From Moniliella sp. 'wahieum' (lineage: Eukaryota): 64,000 bases of DNA. Location: the NCBI GenBank assembly GCA_003971905.1, contig RSEE01000071.1, positions 186,001 through 250,000 on the forward strand. Reading direction: 5' to 3'. The notes under the pieces were generated by a model. It was not told where the DNA came from. It saw nothing but the letters and a program-made list of their open reading frames with translations, and ran no database searches. The translations under genes and the position numbers were made by a program. Position 1 is the first letter of the stretch, and each line of letters opens with the position of its first letter. This document shows, piece after piece, positions 35,649 to 47,300 of the stretch.

Positions 35649-36099
35649 GGGGGTGGCTGTGTGAATCGGCAGGGCATCCGCACTGATTAGTCACGTGCGC
35701 TCCGGCTGCCGGCGCTTTCAGCTGCGGTTGGAGACAAACCCACGCGCCCTTCCGCCCGCCATTCCGCCCGGGCGCTGCTGGATACAGACCTCGGTTCTAG
35801 TACGCAGAAATGGAATGCCGAACATGGATTACGCCGGCCACTAGTCACTAGTTGGTGGTGCTCGACTGCTACTTGCGCTCCATGTGGCCCTGGACCCAGC
35901 GGTACGCCGGCCCAGAGCCGCGGGCAAAGGTCTGGTAATCTAATTTCCCCACAGAAACGGCGGGGAGGGTGGGTTAGCACTCGGCACCGCTTAGTAGCCG
36001 CTTGGTTCCCTGGGGCCACCGACCGGTCCCAGCAGAGGGCAAGACACACGAGGCAAGCGCAAGAGCAAGAACAAGAACAAGAACAAGAAAACGAACGTA

Positions 36100-37349
36100 C
36101 TAGCAGCGCCGGTGGCCTTGTGCTCCAGCCAGCGAAACGTGAGGTTGATGCGGGGCGCGGTGCATGCCTTGCGGGGCGGCACAGCATGTTCCGCTTCGGC
36201 CTGTGTCCGACCTCGCATCAAGACCAGGTCGCCCTCGTTCAACGCCAAGCGCAACGGCGGCCAGCGATCGTGTGCACTGACCTTTGAGTCGGGCGACACG
36301 GTCGGTTTGGGCCGTTTGGACCGACACACAAAGTCCCTGCTGGCGCCGAGGGTGAGCGAGGCAATGTTCGGGTGCCGACCGAGGTAGGGTTCGTCGTCCG
36401 AATGGAATCCGATCCGTTGCTCGCCCGTTGGGTACAGGTTGCACAGCACTGAGTTGTAGCGTGCGCCCGTAGCTGCCTGTGCCAAGGGCAGGAGCTGTGC
36501 GAGCATAGCCGGGAGCGGGGAAAAGACAGTGTGCGGCGAAGCACTCGTACCGCCCGGTACGGGCGGCAAGACGAACGCAGTAGTGTAACGGGGAGTGACG
36601 ATGTGCACGCCGGTCGAAGGCCGAGTATACTCGACCTGGTACCAGTCCATCTCGTGCAAGAGAAATCGCTTGAGGTGGGTTCGCGATGACCCACTGAGCC
36701 AGCCTGGGAAATAGAGCAGATCCAGCGCGCCCCCTGCCCGAGTGAGGGGAATGGGCTCAGCGCGCCCGGCGGCGCCTAGCAAGCCTACCAAAGGATGCGA
36801 GGGCCCGGCCTTAGGTTCCAACGGCAAAGCTGCCCCGGCCCTCCAGCGCGGTGCAAGCGTCATGGCGCTGACAGTCTCGGGGGGCTCCTTCGTCTCCTTG
36901 GCGGGCGCGGCATCGGAAGATGCAGTCGATGGGGGTTCGGGTTCGGGTTTGCGTTTAGGTTCGGGTTCTGATTCGGATCGGGGTTCGCCTTTGCATTCGG
37001 GGTTGGGTGGAGGCGAGGACGAGGGGGGTGGAGAACAAGTGCGTTTGTGAGATGAGGGTGAGGTAGATGAGAAACACGTTTGCTTGCAAGGCAAGGGCGA
37101 GGTAGATGAGGAGCACGTTTGCTTGCCAGGCAAGGGCGAGGTAGATGAAGACCCAGTGCGCTTGCAAGGCGAAGGCGAGGCGGATGGGGAACGGAACCGT
37201 TTGCGGGGCCGGGGGGGGTGGGTGAGGCTGAGCTGGATGGCCTGGGCAATCTGTTGGGACTCGGACAAGCGGGCCAGGCTGGCTTCACGGCGGGAGAGCT
37301 CAAGGGCCAGTTGGATCTGGGCCTCTTCCTCCGCGTCGGCGTCAGCCAT
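36100..37349 (-). CDS. AlkB-family 2OG-Fe(II) dioxygenase (ALKBH2/3-like) with N-terminal tandem UIMs
   Basis: YNSVLCNLY..IGFHSDDE..IASLTLGASRDF..GDLVLMRGRTQ..HAVP..RINLTFR gives HxD..H..RxxxxxR. The ORF as assembled runs to 35991 through a TTCTTG repeat; the true stop is probably near 36100. Confidence 0.92.
37021..37176 (-). repeat. 39-bp coding minisatellite, ~4 copies
   Basis: Plus-strand units start at 37021, 37060, 37099 and 37138 (GAGGTAGATGAG..CACGTTTGCTTGC.AGGCAAGGGC). They encode SSTSPLPCKQTC-like 13-mers. Confidence 0.9.
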
Positions 37350-37488
37350 GGTGGGAGGGGGAGGATAGGGGGGAATGCGGAGGATAGGGGGGATGGAGGG
37401 GTGGTACAAGTTCCCGCGCCCCGAAAACGTTTGCAAAAGCAAGCCAAAGCCACCGCGATCGGGTGGCGACTAGCTAATTAAAACCGGT

Positions 37489-37539
37489 TACGCGGTCAAC
37501 TGTTAATACGCGGGTTACGCGAGGTACGCGGGTTACGCG
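37489..37539. promoter_or_regulatory. Cluster of five TACGCG (MCB-core-like) sites upstream of the AlkB gene
   Basis: TACGCG at 37489, 37507, 37516, 37525 and 37534, i.e. 140-190 bp upstream of ATG 37349. Confidence 0.4.
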
Positions 37540-38418
37540 AGTTAGGCGTTCCGATGAACCAACAACGATTTAGTCAAGCCTCCCCGCGAACCAGGGCGCC
37601 AGTGTGGGGAGACACTGCCACCCGGGTTGAATTCGGGGGTAGGCCTTAGGTGGTAGCGAGGCCAGGCAAGCGTATGGTATGCGGATGCGAATGCAGATGC
37701 GGACATGTCAGGGAACCAATCGACAGCCACGCGACACAGGGCCATGGCACGTACTTACGGACGGGCAAGTCGACTTGGCGAGGAAGCGCCTGGGGGCGGT
37801 GCGCTGGCGACTCTTGACTAGCGGACTCTCGACTGGCGACTAGCGAGTGGGGATATAGGCAGGCGGTCGCGCGGGTAGCCACAACCGTCATCGACCCGCA
37901 GCGAGCGGACTGGGCTTCTTTTCCGCGCCGTCCCAGAAGGGAGGTCGGAGGGAGAGGCAATACGTGTATGCATAAGCATTGGGATGCAATTCGCTCACTT
38001 GAGCTTGCAGCAGGACGATGGGACGGCCACTTGCGCCCGCCCGGGCGTGGGCAAGGTGCGTGGAACGTGGAACGTAGAGCGTGGGTGCTCAGGGGCTACT
38101 AGTGGAATCTACCGGCCCTCCATCGACGTCGACGTTCCTGGACACAACATGCATGATACATGCAACAGGGCATGGCTGGTACAGGTACGGGTGCAGATCC
38201 TACATCTAAATGAAATGGATGAACAAGGGGATGGAAGATGAGGCAAAAAGTTATTGGCGTGCGGTTAGGAGAGCTTGTAGCTACATCTACGGTATGGCAA
38301 GCAACCCATCCACATAGCGTCTCCTGCTCCTCCTGCTCCTTTTCATCCTCCTGGTGCGTTTCCCCCTCCTTTTCCAGTTCCTGTTTCGCGTGCGTTGACT
38401 TCCGCTTGGACCGAACCA

Positions 38419-40024
38419 CTAGACACGGCGGTACTCACGCGCAGGCAAGGACATACCGACCTTAGTTCCGCGCGGGCCAAAGTACTTGGCAAAGCAATGT
38501 GCGCACCAAACGTTACAGAACCGCGTGTGGGCATGTAAGTCCTGTTCGCTCCACCCCAACGTGGTCAAGGTACGTTGAGCGTCAGCCGGGCCGGTAACCA
38601 CCTTACCCGGGTCCAACGTCGATCCACATCCATCGCACTTGAGACACGCGGTGCCACTTGTGCGACGCCGCATACACATGTTCTGCATGGTACACTGCGC
38701 GACCGCACCGAGCGCACAAGGGTGTTCCACTGGTCGCTTGTGCCGCTGCTTGTGCCACATGCGCCCCGCGGCCTACCACGCCTACGCCCGCAAACGTCGC
38801 ACGTGGCGAAGCGGAGGCAAGCGGAACAGATCCTACTGTCGTGCTACTCGCCACCGTCGTCGCGCGTCGAAGCTGAGGTTGCCGTCGGCGTCGTCGACGT
38901 CGCAGCAGCACGACGGAGAGCCGCCGGGTCCATCCGGCGTGGCGGGGGTAACGCTCCTTTGGCTGGTACCGACCCGGCCGGGCGCGAGGGAAGCGTCGGT
39001 GCAGTAGGGGGACCAGACGCCTGCCGGTCCACCGTCTCGTCGTCCCACTTGGGCGCGCGCGGACGCGGGCGCAGTGAACGGAGCGGACGGGGAAGGGTCA
39101 GACGAGGAAGAAGAAGGACCAGGGACCCGGCCGCGCGTCCAGCCCGCACGCGCGCAATCACCTCGGCCGCACTAAGTTCTTGTTCGTCCGCCCGTGCGTC
39201 GGCGGGGGGGCGGGGAGGCGGGACGCTGAGGCCCAGGAAGACGCAGGCGCAGGCGCCGGTGCAGGTGCAGGTGCAGGTGAAGACACAGGTGCAGGTGCAG
39301 GCTTGGGTGCGGTAGCGGGCTTGGCGGGGCGCGGGGGCAAGCTCGGGGTGAGGGTGGGAGGGGGCCGAGTGGGGGTCGTGTCCAGGTCCGGTTCAGGAAC
39401 AAGGGGGCAGAAGGCGAGGGGAGGGCTTGATCGTGATCCGGAGCATGAGCTTGGGCCTGGGCCTGGGCCTGGGCCTGCTCAGCTTGTTGCTGAGAACGAG
39501 AGATGATACGGGGCATGGTGCCTGCGGCAATCACATCGTCAATCGAAGCGACGGTACCCGTTTCGCCTGCCGTGGCAAACGCGGGGCGGGGGGGCGGGCG
39601 AGGGGGCGTATGCGGGCCGGACGCCCCGACGGCCGAGGCGATGCGTTGCTTGGCCAAGGACAGGGACGCCATGGTCCGCCAGGGGGGCGCCGGTCACGTC
39701 GGGCAGGTGGTCGGGGTGGGCGCGCGGGGGCGAGCGGGCGGAGTGGGTGTGTACGGGCGGGGGGGGCAGCTTGGGCCGCAAAGGGACGGCAGTGGCAAAG
39801 TGGCCGAGGCCAGTGCCGAGGTGGGCGCGGTGGCAGTGCGCGCACAGCAGCTGGCCGTCGTGCTCAGCGAGCAGCGTGCTGTCCAGGCGGCGGCGGCAGA
39901 GGGAGCACACGAGGCACGGCGCGTGGTACGCCACGCCGCCGGGACCAACGACCTTCTCGGCGGCAAAGACGGACTGGTTGCAGGTGGGGCACTTGGGCGC
40001 GGGCGGCGGCGGCTTCCAGGGCAT
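38419..40024 (-). CDS. Two-LIM-domain cysteine/glycine-rich protein (CRP-like) with long Pro-rich linker; frameshifted
   Basis: LIM1 is CPTC..YHAPCLVCSLC..LCAHCH. LIM2 is CARC..WHR.CLKCDGC..CAHCFAKYFGPRG, ending in the CRP-type KYFGP tail. Confidence 0.88.
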
Positions 40025-40441
40025 GGCGGGGAGGCGGTTGAGGGTGGTGGGGAGGAGGCTGCGGATGGTGGGGAGCGCAGGCAAGGCGCGTCGGACGACA
40101 GCCAGCAAGCCAGGTGTCCTGGCGCCCTCGGGCTGAGTCAGGCGTGATCTCCCGCGCCCATCAGTGACGGGGGTCATGCATCACCATCACCCACCACGCT
40201 GCACGCAAGCCCGACAGGTGGCGGCAACCCTAACTTAGATCCGCGCCTCGCAGTTCTGGTGAGCATCGTCAGACAATCACTGTCACTATATCACTAGTCC
40301 TAGTCATCTAGTCATCGCAGTGCGCGCTCATTGACATTCCATTTCGCACGTTCGCATTTCCAAGTCCAACCATCTCTCCATCTCTCCATCCTCCAGCTCT
40401 GCCGCGTGCGTCGTCTTCCATCCCATTGCGATGCGCGCAGC

Positions 40442-41440
40442 TCACGAAAAGTCAAACGTGACGCCCGTGAGCTCCTCCGTGCGATCAAACAGCTGTGCCG
40501 CCGCGGCCTCGTCCAATCCATTGGGCGCGATCTTAGCTGGGCCCACTTGGCCCGCCAAGTCGAACCAGCCCTGCGGGCCCCAGTATGAGCCAGGTTCCAA
40601 GTCGGGCATGGTAGCGGCGTAGGTCTGGGGGAGGGCGCCCTGTTCGCTCGACTGAGCGAGCACCTTGGCCGCGAGGAGGACCAGGGTCGAATGGCGCGCG
40701 AGCTCAGTCAAGGACCATCCTGGGTGGGCGAGCACGACGAGCGGGGCGGGCAGGTGAGCTTGCGTGATCCGGCGAGCCAGTTCCCGTGCCCACAGTAGGT
40801 TGGCAAGCTTGCTTTGGGAGTAGGCCGCGCGGCCATTGTACGTCCGCTGTTTCCAGTCCAGATCGTCCAGCTGCAGTGGACCCGCTTGCTTGTGCACAAA
40901 CGACGCTACTGTCACCACCCGACTCGATGGCGTTTTCTTCAGCAGCGGGAACAGACTGCCAATCAGCGCGGCGTGCGCCAAATGGTTGATCCCAAATTGG
41001 GCTTCGTGGTCTGTGGGTAGAGGGAGGGGTGGAGGCAGGTGAGCAACCAGACAAGAGACGGATGAGGAAGCAAATAGGAGGGGGCAGGGGGGTACGCTAC
41101 GCACCCTGGACAGTACGATGCTGCTCGGCCAAGTTCATCACGCCAGCATTGGCGACGAGAATGTCGAGGTGAGTGTGTGTCGAGGCGAACTGAGCGGCAA
41201 ATGCCTTGACCTTATCGAGATCGTTGAGGTCCAAGACGGCGACAGAAGCCGATCCCGACGGCTTCGACGCGGCAATCTTATCGACGGCCGCTTGGCCGCG
41301 GTCTTGGTTGCGGCACGCTAGGACGACGGCCGCGCCGGCGTGGGCGAGGTTTAGGCGGTAGCATAGCCAAGACCCGTGTTGGCTCCAGTGACGAGAGCGA
41401 GCTTGCCAGCGAGCGAGGGGATGTCCTTGGTGAAGGGCAT
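40442..41440 (-). CDS. Short-chain dehydrogenase/reductase (retinol-DH/WWOX-like classical SDR); intron 41011-41104; 1 frameshift
   Basis: TGANTGLG nucleotide-binding motif, ANAG, NHLAH, catalytic YSQSK and HPG. Confidence 0.95.
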
Positions 41441-41883
41441 GTTGGTGCGGGTGCGGGTGGTGGCGGGCGGGGAGAAGATGTCGAGTACGGACGATGGCGC
41501 TATCGACATGGGACATGGGGACATGGGGCAGCGCGCACGGGGTCTGAGATTGGCGTGGCTGAGTGTGGCGCTATGCTGCCTACTCCATTGCCACCGGCAG
41601 GCGCATCCACACTGGCGCTGCGCCGCTGCCCCGCCCCAGGCGCAGGGGGGCAGTGCGGCCGGACGTAAGCGCGCGCACGCCCCTGCTGCCCAGCTGCCCA
41701 GGCTGGCCCCAGTTCGTCCACAGGGTTGCGTCCGTGGGCGAAACCCAGCACCGATGGGTCGAAGCAACCGAGCGGGGAGAGGGGTGGGCTGCTGGGACTC
41801 AGGACGCAGACTTCCATCCATCCATCGCCAACGTCCCACATCCAACGTCCGTTCCTTCCCACCAAAACTGCAGTGCCCCCGGG

Positions 41884-41938
41884 TGAACGTTGGAACGTTG
41901 GAACGTTGGAACGTTGGAACGTTAAACGTTAAACGTTG
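41884..41938. repeat. Tandem GGAACGTT/AAACGTT repeats (palindromic AACGTT core)
   Basis: Seven consecutive AACGTT cores upstream of the SDR gene. Confidence 0.9.
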
Positions 41939-42954
41939 GTCGAGGGTTGCTTGATGGAACTGGCACACGTCATGCATCATGATCGAATCTGGCTCCCTAC
42001 AAAAAGCTCGACGCCTGGTGCAATTAACAACGGTATGGAGGCCTGACCCAACGCACTACGCGCTGTGCCCAACGCACAACGCACAAGGCAGGATAGGGGA
42101 TAATCGATGGGGGATGCAGAATGAGGCCTGAGGGATGGAAGCGTTATAGGAGAGAAAACGAGCGACAGATAGCAAGAGAAGAGCGAAGCGAGGGTTAGAG
42201 GAGGGGAGAGGGGAGGGAAGGTGAAGTGGAGAAAATAGAGAGCGTTCGAGCAGGGTTTGGGCTTGGACTTGGGAGTGTAGATTGGAATTGGGGATAGGGA
42301 GTGTAGATCGGATCCATGACAAATTGCAACGGATGACATGGCATGACATGACATGCGACACGACACATGCGACATGAGCCTGACACGCCAAGACCAGGAC
42401 CAGGATCAGGACCAGGACCGAGACCGAGACAGACAGACAGATAGATGAGAATGCGAATGCAAAGGAGAAGGAGAAGGACAAGGACACTGCACCCAAGAAG
42501 AAGGAAAAAGGAAAAAGGGAAAAGAGAAATGGGAAAAATGAGAAAGAACACAGGGCCCCCCACTGGGCGAGACAGCACCGCACCGTACCGCAAGACCGCT
42601 CCCAGCGGAGCCAGACGCAGCAGACGGTTACTGCGGTGTGTGTGGGGGAGCGGAGAGAAGAGAGGAGAGAGAGGAGAAAAGGGAGAAGGGAAAGCAAGCA
42701 AAGCAGGGAGGGCGGGAAGTACGAGAGGGCAGGTCCAAGTACCCCCGTACCCAAGTACCCCCGTACCCAAGTACCCCAGTACCTCAGTACGTAGCCACCT
42801 GAACGAGACCTGCGTGCCGGGCACCTACATTTCGACACCTTGCATCGCGTCCTTACTTGGCTTGGATCATGCTAGGCCGTTGCGAAACCAGAAGGAATTG
42901 ACGAGGACTCAGCCAGGCTTACTTAGCCGCTCACATAGCCGCTCACGTAGCCGT

Positions 42955-45900
42955 TCACGCAGACTCAGCAACAGGCACAACAAAATACTTACCCGCGACG
43001 GTAGAGCGAATCTCTGGCCCCAGACCGGACCCCGGACCCAACCCCAGCCCATCAGCGCGCACACGAAGCGGGAAAATGTGCATCCCGGTACGGCCCAACG
43101 GACGAGGATCGGGTGCGGCTGCACACTGCCCTGGGTCAGGAAACGCGCTAAGATTTTTCCTTCGTCCGTTGTGCCCGAGCCTGAGCCCAACCCCGAGCCT
43201 GAGAGGGAGCCTGAGAACGAGGAGTCAGCCGAAGCTGACGCCGACGCCGAAGCTGAAGCTGAAGCTGACGCGGCCGAGGTAGACGAAGCGAGGGAGATGG
43301 GTGCGGGGAGACCCCATCGAATGGTGCTACTTCCCGCGTCCCACAGTCCCGTGGGCTTGGACAGGGCGGAAGTGACGCGTCCCTGGAGGGGTGCGGCAAA
43401 CTCGATGTGGTGCAAGGTAGCTGAACGAGGCAAGGAGCAAGAACGGTTCGGTGCGTAGCTCAAGACCATACTGAGTTTATCTTTCTCCTGTTCTGCGCGC
43501 CACTGGACCTGCACGTCGAGCGGGAGGTAAGTCCGAGCATCAGCGTGCAGCGCGACTTGGTACTTGAATAGTGCGAGGGGGGTGTGAGTATCCTGTGCGT
43601 GCCGCACAGCAAGTAGATCTAAGAGGTAAGTACCGTCCTCAGCTGAGCTGGATGAGCGCGAGAGGAAAGAAGGATTAGGTGCACCACGGTCCAAGTAAGC
43701 CAAACCGTCCAGGTGAAGCGGGATGTACCGTTTTTCCTCCCCCGGCGGGAGCACAATCGGTTCCGAGCCAACTAGACTCACCTCGCCCGTGACGGCAATA
43801 CGTTGGACCGTAGGCCCAGCGAGCATGACGTTGACTGTTTCCGTAATGCTCGGACGGAGGCCACGTAGCTGTGTCTGGACCTGGACCTGAGGCGCCGGCG
43901 CCGGTACCGGGACCGACTTGGGCACTGGCGCTGGCGCCGCAACAGGCATAGGCACCGGAACAGGCACCGACACGGAAGAAGCGGAAGGACCAAAAGGTGG
44001 GGTGGGCGGGAGTGCACGGTCGGGTTTAGGTGGCAGAGGTGCGTAGGCGACGGCCAATCCGGGGGAAGCTGAACGTGAGCCCGGAGTCCGAGCGCGGCGG
44101 GGGGGGAAAGTTTGGGTCGGGGGAGGGAGGTTGCCCAGTGCGGCTCGGAGTTCGTCGGCACTAGGTTCGTCAGGGCGCGAAGGTAAGGGTAAAGAAGGAG
44201 GAAGTGGGTGCGAGCTGACCAAGCTGTCACAGGCAAAACCAAGGTTCATGGCGTCAGAATGAGACCCCTGGGACTGGGAAACCCCTGGGAAACCCCTGAC
44301 TACCAACGAGGCAAGAGAAAAGGGAGCAAGCTAAGGAGGTGCGGGGGAATAGAATACGTACAGTTGTTCTTGGTCATCCGAATCGCTACCCAAGAGGGGC
44401 GACGGTGGGGCTTGCGAAGTAGCTTCAGGACGTTCCAACAGGTTACCAGTGGAAGTCCATCCGCGGTGTTGCGATCGCCAACGCAGCACTGCCGGCGCTT
44501 TACTCGGTACCCTTTTGACCTCTTCATCAAACACGGGTTGCGGTGGGGGTGGGGGTGGTGCAGGGCGGCGCTGCCCACCAGTCCCAGTCCCAGCTCCACG
44601 CCGACGCGCGGGACCCCCCACCTCGTCGTCCGAACTAAACGAAGAGCGGTTTTCGCGCGCTGCAAGCGCAACAGCCTGGGCTGGGGTCACCTTTCCCGCG
44701 CCATGGTAGGCAAGGTGATGGGTCTCGATCGGGCCAGTGCCTTGGGTACGGTAAATCTGGCGCAAGGTATCGTCCCACAAGACGGGATCGTCCGTGGCAT
44801 GTTGGGGCGAGGTAGGGCGAGAGGATGTTTTTGGACTTTCACTTCGCTTACCACGACGGCGACCGATGATGCTGCCCAAGGTAGTACTGCGTTTGAGCTG
44901 TGAGCCGGTGGTGGATCCGTGGGCGGTAGCTTCGGCCAAGCCAGTGGAAGAGGAAGGTGGAGGATCGCGTTGGCGGGTACTCTGTTTTCCCTTTCCGAAC
45001 CGGCTGAAGGCCGATTTGAGCGGGTTGTTGGGCCCCGTACTGACCAGCTCGCGCAAAGACGAGTTGGAACGCGTACGGTGCAACGGTTGTAGCGGGACAC
45101 TGGTCGTCGACCCCGCTTCGGCCTCGTGGGAAGGAGCCGAGGCAAATGTACCGGGAGAAGAGAGGGCTGTGTGCAAGGGCATACTACCGCCGCGCGTATG
45201 CGACGAAAAGTACCGTTCCTTCTCGCTCGGTGGCAGGGGCACCTGGACAGGTTGCGGCGCAGGCGCAGGCGCTGCAGGTGCAGCTGCAGCTGCGCTCGGC
45301 GCACGACCAGACCCGGGCGCAGGCACGGGACTCGAGTCGGTCAACTGGTACCCGCGGTGAGGATCGTCGAGAGAAGCGTGGGACGATCCCACGACGTGAG
45401 CACTACCAGCAGTAGTCGAGTAGCTTGGTGGGACATGGGCGTAAAGGTTCGTCGGCCAATTTGATCGAAACCGACCCTGCTCCCGGTTTGTGTCGGTTGG
45501 TGCCGCGCGAAACCGAGTCCACCCGTTTCACACCCGAGTTGGAGCGGCCCAGACCGTCGGCCGCCATGCCCGCGCGGCGGCGCGAACCTGAGCGCTCCAA
45601 GCCTTCGGTGCGAGACCGGGTGGAAGTAGTGTGGGTCAGGCCTGCGCTGCGGGGAGGGTGGCTGGCGATCTGGCTCGGCACACTGGTGTCACTGAAAGGG
45701 GAGGTGCGTAGAACAGGATCCGGGGTGGCGGTGCCACCGCCAGTGCGGGAGGTAGCCGCCGGGGCTGGGGCGGGCACTACGGGCCCACTCGGGGGCTCGG
45801 ACGCAGCGGCATGGTGGGCCAAGAGGGTGCGCAGGTCGGCTTCGGGATCAAACTTGGCCACCTCGTCGTGGGTGGCGAGGGAGATGGTACGCAAATGGCG

Positions 45901-46610
45901 AGCAACCGAGGCGGAGGCAGCTTGGTACGCGGTAGTAGCTTGCTGGAGAGCGCTCATGGCGGTGGCGTCGATGCGCTGGTAGGTCGTAGCGGCGGCACGG
46001 GAGGTGTCGGCGTAAGCGGCTCTTGCCTCTACGGCTGCGGCAGCCGACTGCTGGGCGCGGGTGCGCGCCAAGGAGGCGGCGCGGGAGGTGGGCGAGTCCT
46101 GCTGGGCTGCATCGGCTTTGCGCTGTTCACGCACGGCGGCGACGTCGGCCTGGGCCAGGGCCTTGCGGGCAGCGTGGAAGTGGTCGTCGGACGCACGCAG
46201 CGCAGGGGCCGCAGGCCAGGCGGCGCGGAGGGGCGACTCGCATTCGTGTGCGAGGGTGCGGTCGAGGGTGGTGTGCGCGGCGGCCGTCTCGGCGAGATCA
46301 AAGCCGAGGCGGGAGGCGATGGGCACAAACGACGGCGGCGCCAGGGCAGGGTCGGCAAGCGAGGGATAGCGGCGTGCAATCTTGGCGAGTGCAGCGGCGT
46401 AGGCGGCCTCGGCGGCGCGGCGTTCGGCAAAGAAGGCGGTGAGCTGTTCGAGGTAGGGGCGGATGGTGTGGGCGCGCTTCTGGAGCGCGAGCACCGCAGG
46501 CTCGGAGGGGGGAAGGGGAGGGGGCGGGTCGGCAGGTGCCGGGTGGGCAGCGTAGGGGGGAGGCTGAGGGGCGCACAGGCGAGCCCGTCGAGGGGCAGGG
46601 CCGTGGCCAT
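42955..46610 (-). CDS. SYP1: Muniscin family endocytic adaptor (F-BAR + mu-homology domain); frameshifted
   Basis: N-terminal F-BAR-like LEQLTAFFAERRAAEAAYAAALAKIAR. The muHD includes SITETVNV..VTGEVSL, LFKYQV, SKPTGLWD and GKILARF, ending RSTVAGKYFVVPVAESA* after a frameshift. Confidence 0.88.
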
Positions 46611-47300
46611 GGGTGGTGGGGATGGGGATGGGGATGGAGGTGGCGGTGGCGGTGGCGGTGGCGGTGGAGGTGGAGATGGAGATACCAATGGCAATGGCAA
46701 TTCCAATGGCAATTCCAATGGCTCTAGAGCGGAAGCAGCTGCAGCGGGCCAAGAAGACGCACGCAGCGGCGGGCTCAATTTCTTTGATCATCGATCCAGC
46801 ACTGAATATCGAGCGTCGATGGCTGACGCATAACCAGTGATCACCCGCATCACGCGATCACCGCAGCTGGGCCGCCACCGACTGGCGCAGTGCCTGTGTC
46901 TGCACAGGGCGCGTGCCGCGCCACCGCGCTGCCACGCTGGCCCTGCGCCCGCCGCCCGCCCGAGTGCGGTGTGGTGCCGCGCGGGGCGTGGCTGTGCCCC
47001 CGTGCGGGGCGCATGTTGTGTGCATGCACGATGGCCCGCCGGGCGCCACGCGTCACCCACGCCTCTGACCTCACCCGTCACCTGTCACGCCCCCCGACGA
47101 ACACCGCCACAGCAACCCACCCACCCACCCACGTGACCTCCGCGCTTTGTTGAACATTTTAGATTCCACACCCGCTTCCGCCCCGCGTGTCGGCCGTCGT
47201 GGCAGGTGGGCGAGCTGGGAGCGAGTGGGTTACTCTCTGCCCCTCCACCGCTCCACGCCTGCCCTGCCGCCTCTGCGCCCGCCCCCCCCCCGCCACCCCC

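Noticed and set aside
40225..40234. CAACCCTAAC as a telomerase RNA template
   Set aside because: It sits in a ~400-bp intergenic gap, too short for a fungal telomerase RNA; treated as a telobox-like promoter motif instead.
42985..42995. ATACTTACC, matching the U1 snRNA 5' end
   Set aside because: It is the antisense of the GKY codons in the SYP1 C-terminus, and no U1 stem-loops or Sm site follow.
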